From Candidatus Limnocylindrales bacterium (GTDB lineage: Bacteria > Chloroflexota > Limnocylindria > Limnocylindrales > CSP1-4), in the NCBI GenBank assembly GCA_038214255.1, contig JBBQRZ010000014.1, positions 4,843 through 68,842 on the forward strand: a stretch of DNA of 64,000 bases. Direction: 5' to 3'. Positions 10,154 through 18,320 of the stretch are shown here, in pieces (positions within the stretch are counted from its first letter, which is position 1; every line of letters starts with the position of its first letter). A program made the position numbers and the translations under genes. The notes beneath the pieces were generated by a model. It was given only the letters and a program-made list of their open reading frames with translations, made no database searches and was not told the origin of the DNA.

Positions 10154-10654
10154 ATGATCTGCCCGGTCTGCGGGTTCGACAACCTGACGGGAACCGAGGT
10201 CTGCGACAACTGCGGCGCGGACCTCGCCGGTCACGACATCCCGCAGCCGACCATGTCGTTCCACGGGCGCCTGCTCGGTGAGCATCTCGACGACCTCGGG
10301 GCACCGCCACCGTTGACCGTTTCGCCCGACACCCCGCTCGATGCCGTGATCGCGCGGATGCACGATGCCGAGACGGATTGCGTCCTCGTGATGTCGGGCG
10401 ATCGCCTGGTCGGCATCTTCACCGATCGGGATGCCGTCGTGAAAACGGCCGGCAAGCGCCTCGAGGCGTTCCACGTCCGCGACTTCATGACGTCCGACCC
10501 GGTCGTCCTCCGCCACGACGATCCGATCGCGGTGGCGATCCACAAGATGGCGGTCGGGGGGTTCCGCCACATCCCGATTCTCGAGGACGGTCGTCCGACC
10601 GGAGTCGTGACCGCGCGGGACGTCTTCCACCATCTCGCCAAGGCGATGGGCTGA
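10154..10654 (+). CDS. Zinc-ribbon plus CBS domain pair protein
   Basis: N-terminal CPVC...CDNC, then LVGIFTDRD and GFRHIP...GVVTARD. GGAGGG RBS. Confidence 0.85.
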   Translation: MICPVCGFDNLTGTEVCDNCGADLAGHDIPQPTMSFHGRLLGEHLDDLGAPPPLTVSPDTPLDAVIARMHDAETDCVLVMSGDRLVGIFTDRDAVVKTAGKRLEAFHVRDFMTSDPVVLRHDDPIAVAIHKMAVGGFRHIPILEDGRPTGVVTARDVFHHLAKAMG

Positions 10655-10661
10655 CCGGTCG

Positions 10662-11030
10662 ATGACGCAGCGCGTCGCGGTGCTTGCCCAGGATCTGATC
10701 TGGGCCGACCGCCTGGCCCAGGCGGTCGAAGCCGCCGGCGGAGTACCGACCCGCGCCAAGACGGCGCCCGAATTTGATCGCGCACTCGAGTGCGCCGAGC
10801 ACGCGATCGTCGACCTGACCGCCCGTGCGTACGACCCGCTGCTTGCGATCGAGCGCGCGGTCTCGGCGGGGGCGCATGTCCTGGCCGTCGGTCAACACGA
10901 CGACGTCGACCTCCGGAAACGGGCCCTCGCCCGTGGCGCAGACCGCGTCCTCGCCTACCGCAAGCTCTTCGAGGATGGGCCGGCGACCGTGGCCGCGTTC
11001 CTCGCCCGCACGACGACCGTGGACGCATGA
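10662..11030 (+). CDS. Atypical stand-alone receiver (CheY-like) domain protein
   Basis: Receiver-like pattern (AIVDL, ALARGADRVL), but the acidic pair and Lys region are degenerate. ATGA-coupled to the next gene. Confidence 0.6.
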   Translation: MTQRVAVLAQDLIWADRLAQAVEAAGGVPTRAKTAPEFDRALECAEHAIVDLTARAYDPLLAIERAVSAGAHVLAVGQHDDVDLRKRALARGADRVLAYRKLFEDGPATVAAFLARTTTVDA

Positions 11031-12214
11031 CCGACGCGCCGGAGACGAGCCCGGCGATGGCCCCCGCGGCGCGCCCGGCGATCGCGTCCGAACGGTTCGT
11101 CCAGCGCCTCGAGCGGGCGGCGTCGGCGGCCACCGAGCATGGCGTGGACGCGCTCCTCGTCGGGGTCGGGTCGAACCTGCACTACCTCGCCGGCTACGAA
11201 GCGATGCCGCTCGAGCGGCTGACGATGCTCGTGATCGGTCCCGGGGAGGTCCCCGTGATCGTCGTGCCACGGCTCGAACAGCCGGCCGCGGAAGCCGGCC
11301 TGGCCGTCCCGCTCCGCATCCTGACCTGGGACGAAACCGACGATCCGTATGGCCTTGTCGCACGACAGGTCGGCCGGGCCCCAATGCGCGACTCGACCGT
11401 CGCGGTCTCCGACACGCTGTGGGCGAGCCACCTACTGGGACTGCAGCGCGCGCTCGGCCCGGGGACGCGCTGCGAGGTCGCGTCCACCGTGCTGCGCGAT
11501 CTGCGCATGATCAAGGACGCGGACGAGATCGCGCTCCTCCGCCTGGCCGCCGAGGCCGCCGACCGGGTCGTGGCCCAGATCGCTCAGGGCCGGCTCGTCG
11601 GGCGGACCGAGGTCGACGTCGCGGCCGAAGTTCGTGCCCGCCTCGTTGCCGAGGGCCACGATCAGGCGATGTTCGCGATCGTGGCCTCGGGGCCCGAATC
11701 GGCCTCGCCCCACCACGAGGCGTCGGACCGGGTCATCCGCGCGGGGGAGCCGATCGTGCTCGACATCGGCGGCTTCCTGGGCGGCTACGCCTCGGACACC
11801 ACGAGGACGCTATGGGTCACCGGCGGCGACCCAGGGAAGGGCCCGGACGAGGGATACCGTCACTTGTTCGCGGTCCTCCACCATGCCCAGGCGGCAGCGA
11901 CGGCCGCAGTCCGTCCCGGCGTGCCGTGCGAAGCGATCGATCGCGCAGCGCGCGAGCTGATCGAAGCCGAGGGCTACGGCGACAAGTTCGTCCATCGGAC
12001 CGGGCACGGGATCGGGCTCGACGTGCACGAGGATCCCTACCTCGTCATGGGCAACGCGCTGCCGTTGCGCGAGGGGATGGCCTTCAGCGTGGAGCCAGGG
12101 ATCTATCTCGAGGGACAGTACGGTGCCCGGATCGAGGACATCGTGGTCTGCGGCGCCGACGGCCCCCTCGTGCTCAACAAGGCACCGCACGAACTGCTCG
12201 TCGTCGACGGCTGA
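11027..12214 (+). CDS. Xaa-Pro peptidase, M24 family
   Basis: Creatinase-like N-domain; SPHH, DIGG, SDTTRT, HRTGHGIGLDVHE, EPGIY and RIED metal motifs. Confidence 0.92.
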   Translation: MTDAPETSPAMAPAARPAIASERFVQRLERAASAATEHGVDALLVGVGSNLHYLAGYEAMPLERLTMLVIGPGEVPVIVVPRLEQPAAEAGLAVPLRILTWDETDDPYGLVARQVGRAPMRDSTVAVSDTLWASHLLGLQRALGPGTRCEVASTVLRDLRMIKDADEIALLRLAAEAADRVVAQIAQGRLVGRTEVDVAAEVRARLVAEGHDQAMFAIVASGPESASPHHEASDRVIRAGEPIVLDIGGFLGGYASDTTRTLWVTGGDPGKGPDEGYRHLFAVLHHAQAAATAAVRPGVPCEAIDRAARELIEAEGYGDKFVHRTGHGIGLDVHEDPYLVMGNALPLREGMAFSVEPGIYLEGQYGARIEDIVVCGADGPLVLNKAPHELLVVDG

Positions 12215-12381
12215 CGCCTGGGTGCCCGCGGAGGACCGCGGTCGAGCCCTGGGGTATCATCGGGCGACCGGCCGTATTCGAGCGGCCCGCTCAGCGATCG
12301 AGATCCGATGCCCAGCCTCCAACGGCGACGTCCCGTCGCCGCCCACCCGACCCGGGTCCTCAAGCCCGGGGCTGCCGAGCG

Positions 12382-13005
12382 ATGAGCCGGCGCCATCACA
12401 ACCGGCCACACCACGGCCACTATCGCCACGAAGGTCCACGTCATGTCGGGCCCGAGCCGCACCCAGCGACGGCGTCGGAGACGGCCGTTCCCGAACACGA
12501 TCGCGCGCATGATGCGCTGACCGCGGCGCCGCCTCGGCCGCCGATGCCGGCGAGCCCTGTGCCGCCGGTGGTTCCGTCGTCGGAGCCGCTTGTCGCCCAG
12601 GGCCCGACATCTGCGCCAATGCCGATGGCGACGCCGATTCCGCCGCCGGTGATGCCATCGCCCGTGATGCCGTCGCCGATGATGCCGTCGCCGAACCGCC
12701 AGATGAACGGCCACGGCGAGCGTCCCAACGGCTGCACCGCGCCCCAGCTGCGGCGTTTCATCAAGAGCCGTCCATACGTGCCCATGCATGAGCTGCGACG
12801 TCGGTTCGGGATCGACGGCGTCGAGGACGACGTGACCCAGGTCGCGCTCGAGGGCACCAACGTCTATGTCGGGCTGCCCGGACGCGAGGGCGCCCTGCTC
12901 GGCGAGCTGTTGCGTGGCGGCGAGATCGGCTACGAGCTCTCGCTCGACCCGCGGTCACCGATCGTCATCGGCGTCTATCCGATGCGGCCCGTCCCGCGCG
13001 CCTGA
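12382..13005 (+). CDS. Hypothetical protein: His/Arg-rich N-terminus, Pro/Met-rich linker, compact C-terminal domain
   Basis: MSRRHHNRPHHGHYRHE...; the C-terminal ~90 aa (QLRRFIKSRPYVPMHELRRRFGI...GYELSLDP...GVYPMR) has normal codon usage. Confidence 0.7.
   Translation: MSRRHHNRPHHGHYRHEGPRHVGPEPHPATASETAVPEHDRAHDALTAAPPRPPMPASPVPPVVPSSEPLVAQGPTSAPMPMATPIPPPVMPSPVMPSPMMPSPNRQMNGHGERPNGCTAPQLRRFIKSRPYVPMHELRRRFGIDGVEDDVTQVALEGTNVYVGLPGREGALLGELLRGGEIGYELSLDPRSPIVIGVYPMRPVPRA
12646..12693 (+). repeat. 15-nt tandem repeat (about 3 copies) encoding P(V/M)MPS
   Basis: ccggtgatgccatcg / cccgtgatgccgtcg / ccgatgatgccgtcg. Confidence 0.8.
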
Positions 13006-13085
13006 CCCCTCCGGGCGGCCGTGCTCGCGCTCCAACGACATCGCATTCCCGCCATCGCCGGGTCGCGTCCGCGTACGATGGGCCC

Positions 13086-13805
13086 ATGGTCGGGAAGAAC
13101 GGCAGCGCGATCACGGCGCGCGCCGCGCTCCGCAGCTGCCGCCTCTTCGCGGACCTCGACGACCCAACGCTCGAGCTCGTCGCCGCGGCGATGCGGGCCC
13201 GGCGATTCCGACGCTCCGAGGTCATCTTCCACGCCGGCGACCCCGGTGATGCCCTGTTCGTGGTGACCGTCGGCCGGGTGAAGATCACCCTGCCGTCCGA
13301 TGAGGGCACGGAGCCGGCGATCCTGACGACGATCGGACCCGGCGGCTTCTTCGGGGAGCTGGCGCTGCTCGACGGCGTGGCCCGGTCCGCCACGGCGATC
13401 GCCCTCGTTGGTGTGGAGGCCCAGGTCCTGCAGCGCGACGCCTTCGAGCGTCTGCTCGACGAGCAGCCACGCCTGCGCCACGTGTTCCTGGTCGCCCTGG
13501 CCGGCGAGATCCGACGACTCACGGGCCAGGTGGAAGACTTCCACTTCATCGATCTGCCGGGTCGGCTCGCCCGTCACCTGTTGCGCTCGCTCGACGGCGG
13601 CGATCGCCCATCCGCCCTCCCGGCCGGCGAGCATCCCCTGCCGTGGCCATATACCCGGTCCGAGCTGGCCGGGATGATCGGTGGATCGCGTCAGTCGGTG
13701 AACCGGCTGCTCGCCGATCTTGTCGGCGAGGGGCTGTTGCGGTTCGAGGGCGACACACTCGTCATCCCCGACGCCGCGCGACTCTCTGCGGCGGTTCGAC
13801 GATGA
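13086..13805 (+). CDS. Crp/Fnr family transcriptional regulator
   Basis: cNMP domain (IFHAGDPGD, FFGELALLDGVARSA) plus HTH (TRSELAGMIGGSRQSVNRLL). Confidence 0.92.
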   Translation: MVGKNGSAITARAALRSCRLFADLDDPTLELVAAAMRARRFRRSEVIFHAGDPGDALFVVTVGRVKITLPSDEGTEPAILTTIGPGGFFGELALLDGVARSATAIALVGVEAQVLQRDAFERLLDEQPRLRHVFLVALAGEIRRLTGQVEDFHFIDLPGRLARHLLRSLDGGDRPSALPAGEHPLPWPYTRSELAGMIGGSRQSVNRLLADLVGEGLLRFEGDTLVIPDAARLSAAVRR

Positions 13806-14617
13806 CGGCGCCACGCCCGCCCGACGGCAGTAGTGCGGCCGCGAGCCTGGCCGCCCTCGCCCGTCGGCTCAGTGCGGCCCTGCAGCTCTCCGAGCCGATG
13901 CGCGACGACCAGCTGTCGGTCGCCGTCGACGTCGCGGTCGTCGTCCTCGATGCCAAGGCGGCCTCGATCGCGCTCCATGACCCGGCCGCCGATCGCCTGC
14001 GCTTCGTCGCGGCTGCTGGGCCGGCGGCAGGCGGGGTCCTCGGGCTCGAGATCGAGAGCGGGGTCGGCATCGCCGGCTACGCGTTCACGACCGGTCAGCC
14101 ACTCGCGGTGGCCGACGTCACGAGCGATCCGCGCTTCGACTCTCGCGTGGCCGAGGCGACGGGCTACGTGCCCCGCTCGATCCTCGCCACGCCCCTCATC
14201 GACGACCTGGGCACCGTCGGCGTGCTCGAGGTGCTCGACCGGAGCGGCGACGGTGGCTTCTCGATGCGCGATCTCGACGTTGCCGGAGCCATTGCTCGAG
14301 GGGCGACGGCGGCGGTGCGGGCCGGTCGCGCCGAGCGCGACGCCGGGGCCCTCCTCCGAAGGGCGCTCGTCGCGACCGCCCGGAGCGTTGACGACGAGAC
14401 GCTCGACGAGGCGGCGATCGAGGAGCTCGTGCGCGACGCCGTCGAGCCGCTCACCGACGATCCGGACGATCCCACGTGGCGCCTCGCCGAACGCATCGCC
14501 CGCCTGCGTACGGTCGATCCCGACAGCGTCGAACTGGCGGTGGAGTGGCTCGATGCGCTGTTACGCCGCGGAAACCGCGGACCAGGCCATGGGGCGCGGG
14601 TCGCGGACGGCCGATGA
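13802..14617 (+). CDS. Stand-alone GAF domain protein
   Basis: GIAGYAFTTGQPLAVADVTSDPRF...TGYVPRSILATP...GVLEVLDR, followed by a helical tail. ATGA overlaps on both sides. Confidence 0.85.
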   Translation: MTAPRPPDGSSAAASLAALARRLSAALQLSEPMRDDQLSVAVDVAVVVLDAKAASIALHDPAADRLRFVAAAGPAAGGVLGLEIESGVGIAGYAFTTGQPLAVADVTSDPRFDSRVAEATGYVPRSILATPLIDDLGTVGVLEVLDRSGDGGFSMRDLDVAGAIARGATAAVRAGRAERDAGALLRRALVATARSVDDETLDEAAIEELVRDAVEPLTDDPDDPTWRLAERIARLRTVDPDSVELAVEWLDALLRRGNRGPGHGARVADGR

Positions 14618-15429
14618 CGACGTCGTTGCCCGCCTGGAGCGAGGCGTTCGCCGGGCCGGCGCGACCCGCCCTCGAACGCGTCCTGCCGCTCGGCCCGATG
14701 GATCGTCGCGCTGTGTTCGGCGACGCCGATGGCACGGGCGTGCTGGTCGTCATCGTCGATTCGGGCGTTGACGGCGAGAATCCCGCCGTGGGCGGCCGGC
14801 TCCGCCAGCGGCTTCGCGTCGAGCTCGACGAGGAGGAGGCTCGCGTCGTTGTCGATCCGGAGGCCTCGGACCTCGTCGGTCACGGGACGGCCTGCGCCGG
14901 CATCGTCCACGCCCTCGCGCCCGCCGCTGAGCTCGTGTCCCTGCGGGTCCTGGGTTCGGACAACCGGGGCAAGGGCCGGGCGGTCGCGGCGGCCGTGGAC
15001 TGGGCTATCGAGGCCGAGGCGCAGGTCGTGAATCTCAGCCTCTCATCGCGCAGCGAGTCGATGTTCGCCACCTTCCACGAGCTGGCCGACCGGGCCTACT
15101 TCGCGAACACGCTGCTCGTGTGCGCCGCGAACAACATCCCGGGACCGTCGTACCCGTCGACGTTCGCGGCCGTGATCTCCGTCGCGGCGCATGACGTCGC
15201 CGATCCGTGGACCTGGTACTACAACCCCTCGCCACCGGTCGAGTTCGGGGCGTATGGCGTCGACGTCGATGTTGCCTGGCGCGACGGCGGACGGATCCGC
15301 GCCACCGGCAACTCGTTCGCCGCGCCGCACATGGCCGGGCTGGCGGCCCTCCTGCGCTCGCGCCATCCCGCCGCGAGCCCGTTCGAGATCAAGGCACTCC
15401 TGGCCGCGACCGCCAACGTTACCGGGTAG
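14614..15429 (+). CDS. Minimal S8 (subtilisin-like) serine peptidase, no signal peptide
   Basis: Catalytic triad in IVDSG, GHGTACAG and GNSFAAP; oxyanion Asn in CAANN; 271 aa. Confidence 0.9.
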   Translation: MTTSLPAWSEAFAGPARPALERVLPLGPMDRRAVFGDADGTGVLVVIVDSGVDGENPAVGGRLRQRLRVELDEEEARVVVDPEASDLVGHGTACAGIVHALAPAAELVSLRVLGSDNRGKGRAVAAAVDWAIEAEAQVVNLSLSSRSESMFATFHELADRAYFANTLLVCAANNIPGPSYPSTFAAVISVAAHDVADPWTWYYNPSPPVEFGAYGVDVDVAWRDGGRIRATGNSFAAPHMAGLAALLRSRHPAASPFEIKALLAATANVTG

Positions 15430-15436
15430 AAACGGA

Positions 15437-15464
15437 AAGACCGCCCGGCGGGGCGGGCGGTCTT
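15437..15464. terminator. Hairpin between the convergent S8 and peptide genes; probable bidirectional terminator
   Basis: AAGACCGCCCG (15437-15447) pairs with CGGGCGGTCTT (15454-15464), flanked by A/T-richer bases. Confidence 0.7.
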
Positions 15465-15493
15465 CCGAGGAGGTGGATCGCTGGCTGTGTGGA

Positions 15494-15709
15494 TCAGCGC
15501 GCGTGACCCTCGACGTCGTCTTCGTCGGACGGAACGGCTTCGCCGCCGTGGCCCGGGCTACGCGGCATGATCCCGTTCGGCGGAGGGGTGATCGGCAAGC
15601 CGTGGCCCTCGACGTCCTCGGTGTCCGTGGGTCCGGCGCCGCCCATCGACCGCTGCTGCTCAGGCTCCACGAGCCCCTCTCGCGGGAGCCGCATGCGCTT
15701 CTTGTCCAT
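15494..15709 (-). CDS. 71-aa acidic/Pro-rich peptide with two DVEGH motifs; candidate precursor peptide
   Basis: GAAGGGGA RBS 7 nt before ATG 15709. DVEGH is encoded at 15602-15616 and 15503-15517. Confidence 0.75.
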   Translation of the reverse strand: MDKKRMRLPREGLVEPEQQRSMGGAGPTDTEDVEGHGLPITPPPNGIMPRSPGHGGEAVPSDEDDVEGHAR

Positions 15710-15808
15710 GGTGCTGTCCCCTTCCCGCGCCATCGCGTCTAGAGCTGGATCTGCCTCGACTCTACTGGGACCGACCCGCCGGTGGCGACCTGCGGTCCGA
15801 CGCCCGCC

Positions 15809-15826
15809 GTGTCATCGCCGAGACAC
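15809..15826. promoter_or_regulatory. Crp/Fnr-family (CooA-type) palindromic site upstream of the peptide gene
   Basis: GTGTCA-TCGCCG-AGACAC, one mismatch from TGTCA-N6-TGACA. A TAGAGT -10-like hexamer lies on the minus strand at 15764-15759. Confidence 0.5.
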
Positions 15827-15829
15827 CCG

Positions 15830-17658
15830 TCACGATACGCCTTCGCTCTGGGGCGCCCGCGGCATAGCCTCCACGGGCGGGCGGGGCGTCCGCAGGTCGC
15901 GCAACGATTCCTGGTCCACGCCCGCCAGCCGCGGCAGGTCGGCGGCCTCGGTCCGCATGAGCCGGCTCGTCAGCGTCGAGAAGACGAGCCGCCGGATCTC
16001 GGGGACGGCCATCGTCGCGCGCAGCGCCTCGGCCGGCACCTCGAGCAGCGTCGCGTCGGTGTCGGCGACCACGTCGGCCGTGCGCGGGCTCCCGGTCAGG
16101 GCCGCGATCTCCCCGAAGAAGTCGCCGGCGCCCATGGTCGAGAGGCTGCGGAAGGTGTCCTCGCTCGGGACGCCGGCCGTGGCCGTGCCATCGAGGATGA
16201 AGAACGCGTTCGACGCGGGGTCACCATGCTCCACGATCCGGGTCCCGGCCGGGACCTCGCGGACCTGGGCCTCGCGGATGAACGCCGAGCGCTGCTCGGT
16301 CGTCAGGCCGGCAAAGGTCCCCAGGCGTGCCGCGAGCAGGTCGAAGTCGGCGAGCGTCGCCGGCCGCACGGGGAAGCCGCCGAGGGCGGGCACGCCCGCC
16401 GCCGCGCGCAGCCGGGCGGTCGCCGCCCGCCACGTCGCAAGTGAGAGGCCGGGCGCGACGAGCACGAACGCGGCCGACACGAACAGGAGCGACGAGGCGG
16501 CCACGATCATGAGCCGGATCGGCAGGATGTCGGCGAGGCCGGCGCCGGCCATGCCGAACAGGAAGATGACGTCGCGCATGACGTAGAAGGCCGAGACGAC
16601 CCGGCCGCGCATCTCGCGCGGCGTGTTCCGTTGCAACAAGACGGAGCGGGCGACCGACGCGGGCGAATTGAAGAAGCCGAGATCGTCACCAGGACGATCG
16701 CGAAGGAGATCCCCGGCGACGCCGCGTAGAGGATCCCGGAGACCCCCATCCCGCACATCGCGATGAAGATCCATGCCGGTTCCGGCAGCCGGCTCGAGAA
16801 GCGGGCCATGAAGAACGAACCGATGACGAAGCCGATCGAGGTCAGGCCTTCCTGGAGCCCGTATTGGAACTCGGTGGCGCCGAGCACCTTGATCGCGAAC
16901 GGCAGCAGCAGCACGTTCCACAGCCCGAACGCGAAGAACATGAACGAGCCGACGATGAACAGCGAGCGCAGGATCGGGGTGCCGAACAGCGTCCCGAGGC
17001 CGGATCGCAGGTTCTCGACGACGACGGCGACCGAGGCGTGGTCCTCGGGCGTCGGCAGGGCGATCTTGCCGATCAGCCCGATGCAAACGGCCGAGAAGAC
17101 GAACGTCAGCGCGTCGATGACGAAGGCGAGGCGCAGGTCGATGCTCGCGAGGAAGCCGGCTCCGGCGAACCCGATTGCGGTCGAGCCGAACGCGGCGATC
17201 GAGAGGAACGAATTGGCCGCGGCGAGCTCCTCGTCGCTCGCGAGCTCCGGGATGATGCTGTCGTGGGCCGGGTCGAAGAACTGCCGGACGCCGGCGTTGA
17301 TGAGGATGAGGGCGTACAGCCCGACGACGGCGATCTGCTCGATCCCGATGACGATCGCGATGAGGGACACCGCGACCGCCTGGACCAGGCAGGTGGCGAT
17401 CATGATCTTCTTGCGGTCGTGCCGGTCCACGAATACCCCGGCGAGCAGGCCCACGATCAGGCTCGGGACGGCAGTGGCCATGAGCGTCAGCCCGACCGCT
17501 AGGGCCGACCCGGTCTGGCGATAGACGAAGATGCCTGCGGCAAGATCGGTCAGCGCTGATCCCGCCGTCGAGACAAGCTGGGCAAGCCAGAGGAGGGAGA
17601 AGTCTCGGCGGTGGAAGACCGCGAACATCGATGGGGCAGGCGCGACCGCTGCGGTCAT
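15830..17658 (-). CDS. MFS transporter fused to a C-terminal cyclic-nucleotide-binding domain; 1-nt frameshift at ~16677 in this sequence
   Basis: ORF 16507..17658 gives the MFS N-part (DFSLLWLAQLVS, GVFVDRHDRKK). Adding one base at CC 16677-16678 joins it to the 15830 frame (GFFNSP...LLQRNTPREMRGRV, then GDFFGEIAALTGSPRTADV). Restored length 609 aa. GAGGAG RBS. Confidence 0.85.
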
Positions 17659-17699
17659 CGGGCTCCTCAGGGCGACAGGGGAGCGAGGCTGGCCGGAGT

Positions 17700-18257
17700 C
17701 TAGCCCGCGCGTCTGCCGACCGCGCGACCTTCGCGCAGCAGCAGAGCGGCCTTGAGGGCGAGGCGCTCCTCACCGTCGGCCCACCCGTCGCTGCCGTATC
17801 CGCCGAGCGTGCCGTCGCCGGCGATGACCCGGTGGCACGGGATGAGCAGCGTGATCGGATTGCGCCCGAGCGCTCCCCCGACGGCGCGGGCCGCCCGCGG
17901 CGCTCCGATCCGTCGCGCGATCCCGCCATAGCTCGCGGTCTCCCCCCAACCGAGCTCGCGGACCGCGCCGAGGACGCGCTGGTCCCAGGCCGGCCGGTCG
18001 GCCAGGTCCACCTCGATCGCGGAGGAATCGGCCGGCTCGCCGTGGAGCAGCGCCTCGAGGACCGGGAGCGCCCCCTCGAGCCGAGCCGCGGCGGCCCCTT
18101 GGTCCATCACCCTGCCTGCCAGCCGCGCTCGGGTGCGCTGGAGGAATGCCGCCTCGGTCGTCAACCACTCCGCGGCGACGATCCCGCGTTCGGTGGCGGC
18201 CACGTGATACGGCCCGAATGGACCGGCCAGCGTGCGCGCCGCGACATCGTCATCCAT
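17700..18257 (-). CDS. ogt: Methylated-DNA--protein-cysteine methyltransferase
   Basis: [26 protein letters not shown] active site, GTLGGY. Confidence 0.9.
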   Translation of the reverse strand: MDDDVAARTLAGPFGPYHVAATERGIVAAEWLTTEAAFLQRTRARLAGRVMDQGAAAARLEGALPVLEALLHGEPADSSAIEVDLADRPAWDQRVLGAVRELGWGETASYGGIARRIGAPRAARAVGGALGRNPITLLIPCHRVIAGDGTLGGYGSDGWADGEERLALKAALLLREGRAVGRRAG

Positions 18258-18303
18258 GCCGGTCAAGTGTGCATCGGCCCCGGTCCGAACGGGCGCGGCT
18301 GAT

Positions 18304-18320
18304 ATACTCCCTAGGAGTAT
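18304..18320. promoter_or_regulatory. CsoR-like operator overlapping the copA -10 box and start codon
   Basis: ATACTCC-CTA-GGAGTAT, perfect 7-bp arms resembling the ATACC...GGTAT CsoR boxes. TATACT at 18303-18308, ATG at 18319. Confidence 0.65.
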
